Shown: positions 31,430-43,654 of the stretch, piece by piece
How positions within the stretch are numbered: position 1 is the stretch's first letter
Layout of the letters: the number at the start of each line of letters is the position of its first letter
Source of the DNA: the human T2T-CHM13v2.0 reference genome, Homo sapiens
Direction: 5' to 3' (one strand)
Length of the DNA stretch: 64,000 bases
Assembly: GCF_009914755.1 (NCBI RefSeq)
Contig: NC_060935.1
Translations under genes and position numbers: made by a program
The notes under the pieces: generated by a model
Told to the model about the DNA's origin: nothing
Databases searched by the model: none
Seen by the model: only the letters and a program-made list of their open reading frames with translations

Positions 31430-32176
31430 CTGCATGCTTTACTAGGCCATCTGAGTACTTTTTAAATGTGTTATTTGTCCTTAAGATAGTAGTCACAGCT
31501 AAGTAGAGTAATCTTAAGATTGAACAGAAAAGATCGAACAAACATTATCTTTGCTTGATGATAGACATTAATTAGTAGATGGGCATTAGTCACCACAGGT
31601 ATACATTTACTTCTTAGATTCACTTGTTCACTTGGTTTATACTTAGAACATTTACCATTCAAGGCAGTTTTGAAACTCAGAGTTTAAACCCTGGGCATAA
31701 TAAGATTTGCTTTTATGGATATGGAGAGAAGCACATACTCTAACAGTTCTTTCATAGGTCCAAATAAGTTATAAATGAATTCACATCTACAGTTTCGTAT
31801 AGAGGCCACAAGAGATCCAATACTCAAAATCATACTGCAACATAAAAACCAAATGAAATCAGAAGGTGCCAACTTGCTTTTAAGCAGAGATTCAAACAGC
31901 ATAGAGACTGACAAAAGCACAATAATATCAGCAATAACATATATATATATATTTAATATACAACTCTCCCTCAGTGGAACCACAAATCATTCTTTCAACA
32001 CAGACAATAGTAAAATGTTTTCAATAAAACCCTTATCGTAATGAAATAGCTTTGCAAGCTGCAGGAGTTTAGTGCCAATAATAAATACTGTGTTATTAAT
32101 GGGGTTAGTTATTTCAGTATATTTAATATGTAAAGTGGAATGTTTAGTCATTTGTGAGAAAGATCCTGCTACTCAC

Positions 32177-32224
32177 TTCTTGGTACGCATTCATTTGTAA
32201 CTGGCTTCTGATCTGGTTTCTCAT
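32177..32224 (-). CDS. SYTL2: SYTL2 48-nt cassette exon (DEKPDQKPVTNECVPR)
   Basis: gagtag| acceptor, GAA|gtgagt donor; phase 1-1, open frame. Confidence 0.88.
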
Positions 32225-33483
32225 CTACTCAGGAGGGCAACATTGAGAATAAATACCATTTTAACAGAAGGATTAAAGAGACATGAAAGTAAAGCTCAAA
32301 TGTCAGTTTCACAACTGAGACAGCAGAATACATCTGACAGGTTTTCATCTTGCTTTCATCCATTCCTCACTGTGACTCTTCTTCATTAGCCTCTTTAAGG
32401 TCTCCTGTTCAACTAAAAATCTGGGATCAAACAAAAGAGATACGGAGCATCCTTCCTGTAATTCACTAGACCACAGTATGGAAAATGGGAAGGAGCACTG
32501 GACTAGGAGTAATGAAGCTGAGATTCTATTTCCTGCCCTCCCAGTGACTGACTAACTATAGGATCTTAGAAAAGTCACCTAATTTCTCTGAGTTTTTCTT
32601 ATCAGCAAAATGAAGATAAAAATCCCTGCCCCATCAACTTCAGTGAGGTTGTTGTAAACATAAAATAAGAAAGACAGAACGATTACATAAAAGTAAAGAA
32701 TGACCTTTAAGGAGCTCTGTTGCTACATTTATATGGGAAAGCTCAGTGAGTACACATTTTTATGATTATAGTGAAGGCAAATTTAACAACAAGTAAATAA
32801 AATCCAGCATGCAAATACAAATTATACATTTGCATAAATTCTGCAATATAAAAATCAGACTCATTTCTGTCTCTCCCTCAACCAAGGCACCACTATACTA
32901 TTCATCTTATAACAGAGCCAAGTAATACCTGATCCACTGACAAGCTTCAAGATCTTCTGGCTCCATTATATTCAGAATCAACTTCACCCTCTGTCTATAT
33001 TTAGTTATTTATATAAGCAGAGGCACGATTTCCCACCCTTGTTCTGGGACTCTTTCCTTTGAATTTAAGATTTTACCAGTTGTGCCCAGAGAGATCTAAA
33101 TGCTGAGACTTGAGAATCAAACAGAAGAATAACTTAACCCAGGAATTCACTCCACTCTTCCTGCCTTTACAAAGAGTTCTGCAAGTCAGAGTAGCAAAAA
33201 TCAGCTCACATCCAAAGAAATACAATTTTCTATTTATAGAAACCCTTGCTTCACAAGGGTCTCTGATGAGATCCTCATGACAGTATCACCAGAAGAAGCC
33301 TTAAGAATACAAACTATATTAAATGTACCAAATCAGAACTGTTTTATAGTAACTTAGGCACTATTCACCACATAGTGGCAAATGACGTTCTTCTGTTTAC
33401 CCAACAGCTGCGTCCCGGAGACTGCCCAAATCACCCCAGAAGTTAATACAAAGACAGACACGCAAATACATAAAGATATTTAC

Positions 33484-33537
33484 CATCTTCAGCACTACGC
33501 ACTAATTCTTCTGGCTGATTATCTACTTTTGCTTGAT
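33484..33537 (-). CDS. SYTL2: SYTL2 54-nt exon (NQAKVDNQPEELVRSAED)
   Basis: gaacag| acceptor, ATG|gtaaat donor; phase 1-1. Confidence 0.92.
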
Positions 33538-35551
33538 CTGTTCAGAAGAAATTAACAAATGGTTAACATGGCTGACCCTTGGAGAGAAAAGAACAATGAG
33601 ATTGTCCCTGGAAGCCCCCGGAGTTGGAAGCAATTAGTCAAGATGCAATGAGGGGTGCAACCAAGATGTCTTCCCCAAAATACTTTCTCTTTAGATTAGC
33701 TCCTTGAGCCAGTGCCATAGCGGGAGCTCCCATTTCAGCCCGGATGCAGCTCACATCACTGCTGCACACAGACTCCCAAGGGTTAGAGGGTTAGTTCAGA
33801 GCAAGCAATCGGCCAGCAGCAGGAGAAAGCACGGGGCTGCAACAGCCTCTCTATTCTTCTGTAAAGGGTATGATGCTAGCCATGACTAACACCTTCCCAA
33901 ACCCATGGTCATTAACAAATATTTGTGTGTGTGCATCATCATTCACATATGCCTCTGGGAGGCTTGCTTGGGAAGTCAACTGAAGAGATGTAACTGGGGA
34001 CCAGCTGCTAAGTGGAATCTTGGCAGGCTAGTGTGAGAGTGGGTATCGGTATTTGGAAGGGAGCGTGCAGGAATACCCGTCAGCTGATGGTGATTTTTTT
34101 TTAACCCTATACATTCCTGAGTACTTTAAAGCTGCACCATGGAAATAGCCCCATGTTTCACAGGCAAGAGGTTTGCTAAATGGGCCAATTGTTCTGAGAT
34201 TTTTTTTTTCTTTTTTTCTTTTTCTCAAGGCCCATCACCAACATCAGGAAAAACAATCAGGGCTGTCCAACAAAGGATTCGACTCGCCTTCTCTGGAAGC
34301 ATTCAGGCGGATATGGGGGTTGGCCGCCTGTTGAGGAGGCTTTAGAGAGAATTCCTGCATTGAGGGGAGGTTAAAATGGGTGATTTTTAAGATCCCTTCT
34401 AACCCTGAGATTCCAAGATCCTTGGGATAGTCAGGACTACATTCCAAATTGGGAATACTGTCTTCAAACCCCTGGGAATCTGTGAATTTTAGGAAATGTT
34501 TGGTGAAGTGGCTTTTTCTTTTCTTTTTTTCATTTTTAAATTCTGACTTTTTATTCTTAATTGCAAATGCACAAAAAATATTCTAAACATAACAATGGCC
34601 AATTTTCAATCATATGAGTTTGGCAGTGGTTAACTTTTCACTTGATAATTTTTCTTATGACCATCTGCAATCCCAGGGGTGCATTTTAGCTTGAAAATAG
34701 CAAGAACAAAACCCCAAGAAATCATGGTTTCTTAGTCCATTTGTCTAGCACACAACTCTCTTTATATATTATGTTTTCTGCTAGTACTCAAGAAATCCTT
34801 CACCATTAAAGCAGCTGCCAGTGGGGAATCGTGTACCTAAAGTCTTTCATGTTAAGTAGTTTTGGGCTTATAGTTCCAGTATCTAGAAGAAAAGTGTGAA
34901 CAGAATAGAAGGGATAAAAGAGAAAGGAAAGTCCTTGAAGCCAGGGACTAATTCAACTCCGTATCATGCAAAATTCACTGGACATCCAACGCTGTCATAT
35001 ATAATGTGGTCCCTTCATAAATGTTCTTGATAATAGCCTGTTAATTTTGAGTCCCAGATCTTCTGTGTAATACTAAAAAGGTCATTTCACATTTCTGAGC
35101 TTCATTTTCCTCATCTTTAAATTTGGATAACAATAATTCACCTCTCATAGGGTTGCTTGTGCTGGTTAAATGAGATAATACATGTAAAATTGTTAGGCAC
35201 GTTTTGGCAAATAATATTCAATAAATGCTAGTTATGACTATTTTCACTAATACTACTAGCTACCACTATCCTTTGAAACTCACTGTACTTGAGAAACACT
35301 CAAACTGGGATTCTTCAATTAAAGGAAACCTAGTGTTTTAGTAACCAAATGTAATATATTATTTTATAAGCAAAGTTCCAGCCACTTTAGGTTGAGCCTC
35401 TTCAGCGCACTTTGGAGAGGTTATTTTCATCTGTTAACTGCCCCCATTAGAGGGTGCAGTGCACAACAGCACGCAGTGAGGCTACAGGAGAGCACATAGG
35501 CATTTTTAAGCTTAGATGGGGCATGAACAGTGAGGCGAACTTTATTCTCAC

Positions 35552-35653
35552 TTGATGAATCTGATGAAATGTCTTCTAGACTTTTGGAAGGCATTTTCCT
35601 AGCGGCACTCCTTTCCAAAGTTTTCAAAACAGGACTGGGTTCTTCTTCTGAAC
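35552..35653 (-). CDS. SYTL2: SYTL2 102-nt exon ([33 protein letters not shown])
   Basis: ataacag| acceptor, CAA|gtgaga donor; phase 1-1. Confidence 0.94.
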
Positions 35654-36864
35654 CTGTTATAAAACAAAATCGATGAACACTGCACAATACCAAAAAAAAA
35701 AAAAATCCTCTAACATATGGACATAGAAATGGTAGGCTGAAAAGAGACATTATGCTATGAGTTTCTACTTTAAGAAGCACTTATTTCACAGAAGAAAATA
35801 AAATTTCTCCACTATTAATATGCTCTTAAACATAATTTTCCTGGTCAAGAAATATTTGCAAACGTAAACCCTACAAAAACAAGATTACCACATTAATAGA
35901 AATGTGATCTCTTAGTTGTTTACTCCTATTTTAGACATATGATTTGTCCTATGCCAGACATTGACTCTTCCCATTTAACATTCTAGCTTTTGAAGACAGC
36001 CATGAAATACTTCTAGGAGCATTAATAAAATTAATTCAAAACCGTGGAAGGCAGGATTCAGATGTTTAACGTCTGTGTATAATTGGGTACACATATGAGT
36101 GCATTCTCCAGATCAAAGGTTGTAGACTTTCTGGGTTTCATGATCTAGTATAATTTCCAATGAAATGTTGGGAAATAACATGGGATAGTCAAATTTTTAT
36201 TTTAGTAAGGCATTTTAAAGTTGCGGGAGGGAGGCCTCTATCATTTACTAATGCCGTTATTTTATAAAAGGAATGGCTGCATCATGAATAAGCTTAAGTA
36301 CTGACATTTATTACTGCTGTATTCTCAGTGCCTAGAACAGTGGCTGGAAATAAACACTTCAAAATATTTGCTGAATCAATGAGTGATTCGATTAAGGAAT
36401 CAATTAATTTAAGAACCACTTCTCTAGACAATAATTTCCTGAAATACATTCCAGTTCTGCCTAGTACATTCCATAGCAAATGGATTCTAAGATGAATTAG
36501 ATTTGGATGTTCTCTGTTCAAATTTAAAATGTTCCTTACTGCGGACCTTCTCTGTGCATAATGGCCCAGCATTTCCAAAAGTATTTGACTACTGAACCTT
36601 TAATTTTTCCCAAAGGAGCATACTGAGGTATTGCTTAGTTAAGAGCTCAGCCGCAAGTCAAATGTGTTAGCTTGCTCCCCAAAATTACAGTACCCTTATA
36701 GTAGGTTTCTCTTCATTTTTCACCCCACCCCCACTGCAGTTTGCTTTAAAATAATAATTTAGGTTAGAGTATATAAACCTAAATTAAAATCATGACTATA
36801 CCATTTTATACTTCTTAATTGGCTTGTTATTCTAAAATGTCTTCTCTGGGCTCTGTTTAGGTGA

Positions 36865-37167
36865 TTTTTTTTTTTTTTTTTTTTTTTTTTGAGATGAAGT
36901 CTTGCTCTGTAGCCCAGGCTGGAGTGCAGTGGCGTGATCTCGACTCACTGCAAGCTCCGCCTCAGGGTTCACACCATTCTGCTGCCTCAGCCTCCCGAGT
37001 AGCTGGGACTACAGCCACCACCACGCCCGGCTACTTTATTGTATTTTTTAGTAGAGATGGGGTTTCACCATGTTAGCCAGGATGGTCTCGATATCCTCAC
37101 CTCATGATCTGCCCGCCTTGGCCTCCCAAAGTGCTGGGATTACAGGCGTGAGCCACCGTGCCCGGCC
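36865..37167 (-). mobile_element. Alu (AluY-type)
   Basis: Poly-T plus dimer; TSD taggtgatt. Confidence 0.95.
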
Positions 37168-37374
37168 TAGGTGATTATTTAACGCTGCCTTTTTAGATAG
37201 GCTTTTTACTATTCAGTCAGTTATGCTGGGATACACATTAGATGATAGTCTCTAACATAATTGCAAATTTGCAAGCGCTCCTTCTCCTGTGGGTCAGTTT
37301 ACACTAGCAACTCATGGGCAGTTTAGTAAGAGCCTACTTCAACAAGTTTAACATGCTGGCTTTATTCTTGCCAT

Positions 37375-37480
37375 TATATTAATTAATTATTAATTAATTA
37401 AATTTATTTACTTTAGAGATTAAATAAATTTAGAGATTTAATTAGAGATTTATAAATAAATATGTATGGTTTTAGAGATT
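37375..37480. repeat. AT-rich low-complexity tract with four tttagagatt-type units
   Basis: Visible directly in the sequence. Confidence 0.8.
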
Positions 37481-38439
37481 GATATTTCAATTTCTTTCTT
37501 TTTTTTATTAACAACAAAATTTTTTAGAGGGGCTTCAACTTAACTGAATAGGATTAAAGGTGGATTCTTTGGTCAGTGTTCAAGAAGAGACCCTATAGCT
37601 ACTTACAAAGGAGTCCACACCTCAAAGTAAGCCACTCAGTAAAGCTTATCTATTTTCACTGGAACGAAAAGGAGCTAAACAAATGACAAATTCTACTAAA
37701 CTACAAGGAAGGCAATCAGCATCAGTTGTGCAACTTTGGTTAAAATGTCCCAGCCAAAAAACATTCTCTATCATTTCATCATTTTAATCAGGTAGCTTCT
37801 CATTCCTATTTGCTCTGGGGTTTCTCTGCTAAAATGTCCACATGTTGATTAAATAGCAAACTGAGACAAGCCCTACATTTTACAGCCTGGCCGCCAAAAC
37901 CAACGCCCCCACGTTCATGTAGATGAATGTGGAGATCGACTCAGGTCATCAACTTAGCCAAGGCTGGAGCCAGAGAAATGTACCTGGCCAGGCAATGCCC
38001 TTAGGTGGCATCAGGTGAGTCATCTGGCCAAAGTCATACTCTAGAAAGGGAAGATTGTGCATATAATTGAAAATGAGAGGGAGAAAGTGGCAACAAAACA
38101 CCACAGCACAAGGTATCTGAGGGAAGGAAAGTTCCGGCCTTGTATTTTGTCCCTAGCATTTAGCCACCACTGTGGTAAGATATTGCTCCCGAATGGGAAA
38201 TTTGTGTCCATCTGTGGCACATCTTTGCGACAAATCTTACCAGACTTCTATAAAGGTTGCCAATTAAGGAAGAAATTCTAAATATTTCCAGGAGGAAAAC
38301 TAGCTTAAATGTATTAAAGGTACTTTCCAAACCCAAAAAGTCATTTAAAAAGTATTTTTTGAAACCTAAAAGTTCTATAGGTAGATTAAAGAGAAGTCAA
38401 CTCAGACTCTGAAACAGCCTTATAGGAAAGCTGTTTTAC

Positions 38440-38634
38440 GTAATGCATTTGATTAAAAAATATAAATAATTTTTTTAATTAAGAAAGTCTCAGGAACACA
38501 GAAGTGGTAAGAAGAATTTAACATCATTTAAGAATTATGTAATGCATTTGATTAAAAAATATAAATAATTTTTTTAATTAAGAAAGTCTCAGGAACACAG
38601 AAGTGGTAAGAAGAATTTAACATCATTTAAGAAT
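38440..38634. repeat. Perfect tandem duplication, period 99 bp
   Basis: 38440-38535 is identical to 38539-38634 (96/96 bases). Confidence 0.97.
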
Positions 38635-38726
38635 ATCAAATTAATCCCAATTAAAAAAAAATCATCCTTTACATCAGCATTCCATAAAGCAGACTCACTG
38701 TGAGTTAAAAAATTTTAAATGCTCAC

Positions 38727-41700
38727 TGGAAGGATTTCTCCAGCTCTCTGCATTAGAACTGGTGTTTCCATCTGAAAAATCAGACTCAGAGAAACCTTCT
38801 TTTTCTTCCTCTTTCTCTTGTTTCATATATGGCGATGCTAGAGTCAATTCAACTTTACTTGTTTTTGTAGAGTTTTCTTTGTTCATCAGGAGAGGAATGG
38901 GTTGCCTATTTCTGGACACACTAATTGCTTCAGAAGCCTCTCCAAAGCCAGGTTCCTGAAGAGTCCCTTGTCCCCCTGCAACCCCACTTTCACTGTCCCT
39001 GTCCTCTGGGGGGGTTACAGTTTTAATGGTCCCTATTTCATGAGCCACATAAAGTTGTGGGGTTCTAGGGATCTCAACTCCACTTCTGGAACCACAAAAA
39101 TCTACCAATAAATCAGTCACAAGTGCGTCTCCTCCCAACATTTTATCACATTGGTTGACTTGAGATTCCAAACCATTACTTTTATCCTTCATTTCAGAGG
39201 TCTGTGAGGCTGCCCTGTAAAAATGGGGCACTGTCCCCAAGAACCTGGTCTGCTCTGACTGTGAGGACTCCTTCTCGTGAGTTTCTTCTCTCACTGACAC
39301 CTGGGGCTGATAAGGAGGAGCTTCAGTTATTTCTTTAAGAAGTTTCTCAAAACCAGCATCAAAAGCACTCTCAGTTATTAATGGAGCCTCGGCCTTTTCT
39401 ACTGTTTCTTTTAATTCCTCAGGATGGCATTCAGAAGTGGCTCGCCTGGGCTCCTCTGTACTACCTATTAACTTTGATGGAGAAAGATTCCCTGTATCAC
39501 TTTCATATTTTGAGGGGAAGGTTTCAGTTTCTTCCTTCAGTAGTTTTTCTAAGCCAGCACTGAATTCGAGGAACTCTGATTTGGGTTGAACAATTGTTTC
39601 CCTCACAATTTCTTCCACTTCCTGAGGGAGGCCTTTGCCATATTGAGCAACAATGGAAGCAAATGAGCTAAGCGTCTGGTCTGATGGAGACATTTGGGCA
39701 GCTAAATAAGATCCAACTTCATGAGTTTTATCAGGAACTACATTGGAGGAATAAAAATCCTTCCTGTCTGGAACTATGGTGTCCATCGTAGCCCATGGTG
39801 ATATCACTCCTGGAGGATTTAGGGGGCTACATACTGGCTGTACTGCTTCAGGAAATTCTGGGTTCACTTCTCCAGGACCTACTTCCCTTCCAGCTGGATA
39901 ACTTAACCATACTTCTCCACACAGCTTCTGTAATGCAGCACTTACATCATTCAATACAGGTCTGGGTGGAAGAATGACTTTCTCTACAGTCTCCGAAATT
40001 TCCATTTGAGAAGGGTGTACCCTAGCCTGGGGAACAAGATGAGCACCCTGGGGAAAAAGCATATCTTGGGGAGGGCTGGCCACATCCCCAAAAGAACCCT
40101 TTCTGGAAAGCTGGGAAGTTGGATCCAATGGATGAGAATCTTCTGCAGCCACCTGAATCAAATTCTGTGTGCTTAGCTGGCACTCACCACTTTCAGCTTT
40201 CTTGAGGAGAGCTGTATTTCCAAAAGTTTCATCTCTCACTGGAAAAGGAGCTAGTATTTCTCTCTTATCAGCTGAAGTATTGTGACTCTGTTCTATCCCT
40301 TTTCCAAAAAATCTCCCCTCTTCCAGCTTAGAGTTGGTTCCAGTGATAACGGGCGCCAACTTGGCTTGCAAGGGAGAGGGTGAAGTTCCAGTTGCTTCCT
40401 TCAGGAGTTTGTCTAGACTAGCAGTCAAAGAGTTCCGTTTAACCTTTGGATGAACTACTGTTTTGTCAACATGCTCATTAATGATCTTCTCAGGTCCTTT
40501 GACTTCTTCCTCAGTATCACCAAAATCTGTTTTTTGAGGCCATGTCCTATTTTCAGAAACACTTGGTTCAAGCACTTGTTTTCCATGAACTTTTCCACCA
40601 GAGGGTTGAATTGCTGGTGTTGAGGTTTCTGAAAGCAGTTTCTGCAAGCTGTCATTAAAAGTGTCTTTGCAGTCTTTAGACAAAACATTGGTTTTTATTA
40701 TGGATTCTTGAATCTCTTGTTCTGAGTAATCCTTTTCTTCCTTAAACACTGGAGTAACAATCCCTTCCGTATTCTTTTCCACATTTTCCTTTGATGACTC
40801 ATTTCCTGGCAACTGATAAGTATACTTTCTAAGTGGACTCAAAGGAAATGTGATTTCATCTGGTAGCACCTGGAGTATGCCCTTTGAATTTAATTTCTCC
40901 ATTTCCTCTCTTGCCATAACTTTTTTTGGGCTTAGAAGCACCTCTGCTTCATGGGTATTTTTACCTGATAATTTAATGTCGCTGAATTCCTTGTGTTTCT
41001 GCCTATTAAAAGGTGCAGAATTTTTTTGGCTTGTGGTGGTAATATTCTTGTCATTATCCTTACTGTTTGAATTAGCTTCTAAGTCCCAAAACTTTCTCAA
41101 ATTCTCAAACTGAGAGGGATTATAGACCTGTTCTGCATTGGGTTCATCCATTCTTTCTTTTAGGGACATAACTTTAAAGTTGGCATTTGATTCACGAACT
41201 AGAGGTCTGTCTTTCTCCAATGGAGCATGTCGTTCACTCCCGACATTTGAGGGAGGTTGCAGTGCTGGTAAAGTAATGTTTCTTCTAGAAGGCAAACTGT
41301 CTGCCACTTGTGATCTTTTTATAGGCTCATTTTTCTTATTCTGAAACAGAGACACTTTATCTGATTGCTCAGCTGAAAGATAGTATCTGGATGGACCTGC
41401 TATTTGTGGCTTGGTCTCTTTAGATTTATTTGAGGAATAAGAATTGGAGAGCTGGGATGCTTGATCATCCTCATCTAAGACCACTCGTTTGGGAATGGCC
41501 TGATTATATTCACTCTGGTCTGTAGATAAACTGTCCATGGATGATACGCCCTGTGACTTCTTCACAGGCTGATATGCTTTAGCAGAAGGTTGTTCCTGGC
41601 TACATGAAGATGTGGGTTTTTCATGAGTTATCTTAGCACCAGCTTTCTCTCCTTCCCAAAAGGATATTCTGTCACTCACTCTTTTGTATTTCTCTCTCTG

Positions 41701-42662
41701 CACTTGGTTCTTGGGAACCTCACCAGCTTCTTGCTGGAATTGGACCTCAGGCTTCTTCCAAGGAGAGCCATTGTTGGCAACCCCAGGTGTTGACTTAATA
41801 TTCTCTGGCTCTAAGGAGGCTTTCAGGATATAGGTATTTCCTACTTTGCTCTTTCTCTCTGCATTCATGTTATCTTTCAAACCTGGTTCTTTGACAACTG
41901 TTGAAGAGTCAAAATTCACTTCTGAGTGTCCTCTATTTTCTTCATGAGCATGAAACTTGGGTTCTTCTTCACCCAAGTTGCCAATATTATTAGTGTTGCA
42001 TGGAACTTGGTTTTCTGCATCAGATTCCTTGAGAACACTGTAGGAATAGTTACTATTTGAAGGAGATGCCCCATTCCCTTTTCCTGGGCTTTTTGAATCT
42101 TGGCTATAGTCCATATTTTTACTCCCTTGACTTGGGGTGCCATAGCTTTCAAATGGTTGCAATATACCTGGGCCTTCCTTTGGGGTGCCTTTTTGGGACA
42201 AATTCATGAATTTGGATTTGATATTCACATTATTATCTTGGCAACTTTCAGAAACCAGCATATCTCCCTCTGCTTGGAATGGTGAGTCAGATCTCACAGG
42301 CTTCAATTCAATTTTGCTGGGTGATAGGGTCTTTGAGCCATTTTCTCTTAAAGTAGTGTCATCTGTCACCAAGTCAACAGCAACCTGTGATTTTGAGTCT
42401 GTTTTTTCTTTGGACTCTATTCCTCGGGGATGTTGGAGGAATGACTTATTGTCATCTGAATAAGAACTTCGGTTAAACCAGTCTAGAACTTTAAATATGG
42501 AATCATCAGTTGACTTCTTTATCTCAGTGGCATATGGACCAGAACGTGAAGATGTCTTAGCTTTTAGAGCCGGGAGAGGAGGGGGCTTACCTTGCTGACG
42601 GTCTCTAGAACTGCCACCTGGCACCTGAGATGGCTCAGGCTCAACACAATGAGACAGTTCAT
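38727..42662 (-). CDS. SYTL2: SYTL2 giant exon, 3936 nt / 1312 codons (short form 42591-42662, 72 nt)
   Basis: gttgcag|ATGAAC acceptor; uninterrupted ORF; distal donor CCA|gtgagc; proximal donor AAG|gtaagc at 42590; both phase 1-1. Confidence 0.94.
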
Positions 42663-42814
42663 CTGCAACATAGAAATACTTTTCTAAATAAGAAAAGAGC
42701 ATGCTTAAAGAACTGTTAATCATTCACATCATCATCTTTATAAAAGCACTTTGTATTTGCACTTTCTATACCAATAGCTGTTTATACCAGCATTTTTCAG
42801 GGGTTAAAATGTAA

Positions 42815-43280
<466 letters not shown>

Positions 43281-43654
43281 CATGTTACATTTTAAATGTT
43301 AATTTTCTCTTACTTTTAAATCTTTGTATAAAACTGACACTCCAGGAAGATATGCCATGCCGATTTTATGACTTCACCCATCCCCTGGCACATATCATAA
43401 ACCCTAGAGGGGGCTTAAACCCAGGTTTGAGAAGCACAGACTTAAGTGATTTCAGGAGTTAGAAAAATAACTTTCAAATAAGACTAAACAAGGAATTTTA
43501 TCCACAATATTTAAATGGGAAAATGAGGATATTTCCATTCCTGGGCCTTACTATTGATGTATTGAATGAGAAGAATTTCTGAAGATTGGGCACAGTAATC
43601 TTTACTAACAGCTATTCTAGTGATTGTTCTGCATACTGGGGTTTAAGAACCGTG

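Noticed and set aside
37375-37480. AT-rich palindromic tract as a functional hairpin
   Set aside because: Low-complexity slippage sequence; symmetry is expected by chance.
38440-38634. Direct repeats as a CRISPR-like array
   Set aside because: Only two abutting copies with no spacers, in human intronic DNA.
42663-42723. ATG at 42723 as the start of a standalone 1342-aa protein
   Set aside because: The first 20 codons are the intron's polypyrimidine tract and acceptor. The ORF is an internal exon that joins in frame to SYTL2 exons on both sides.
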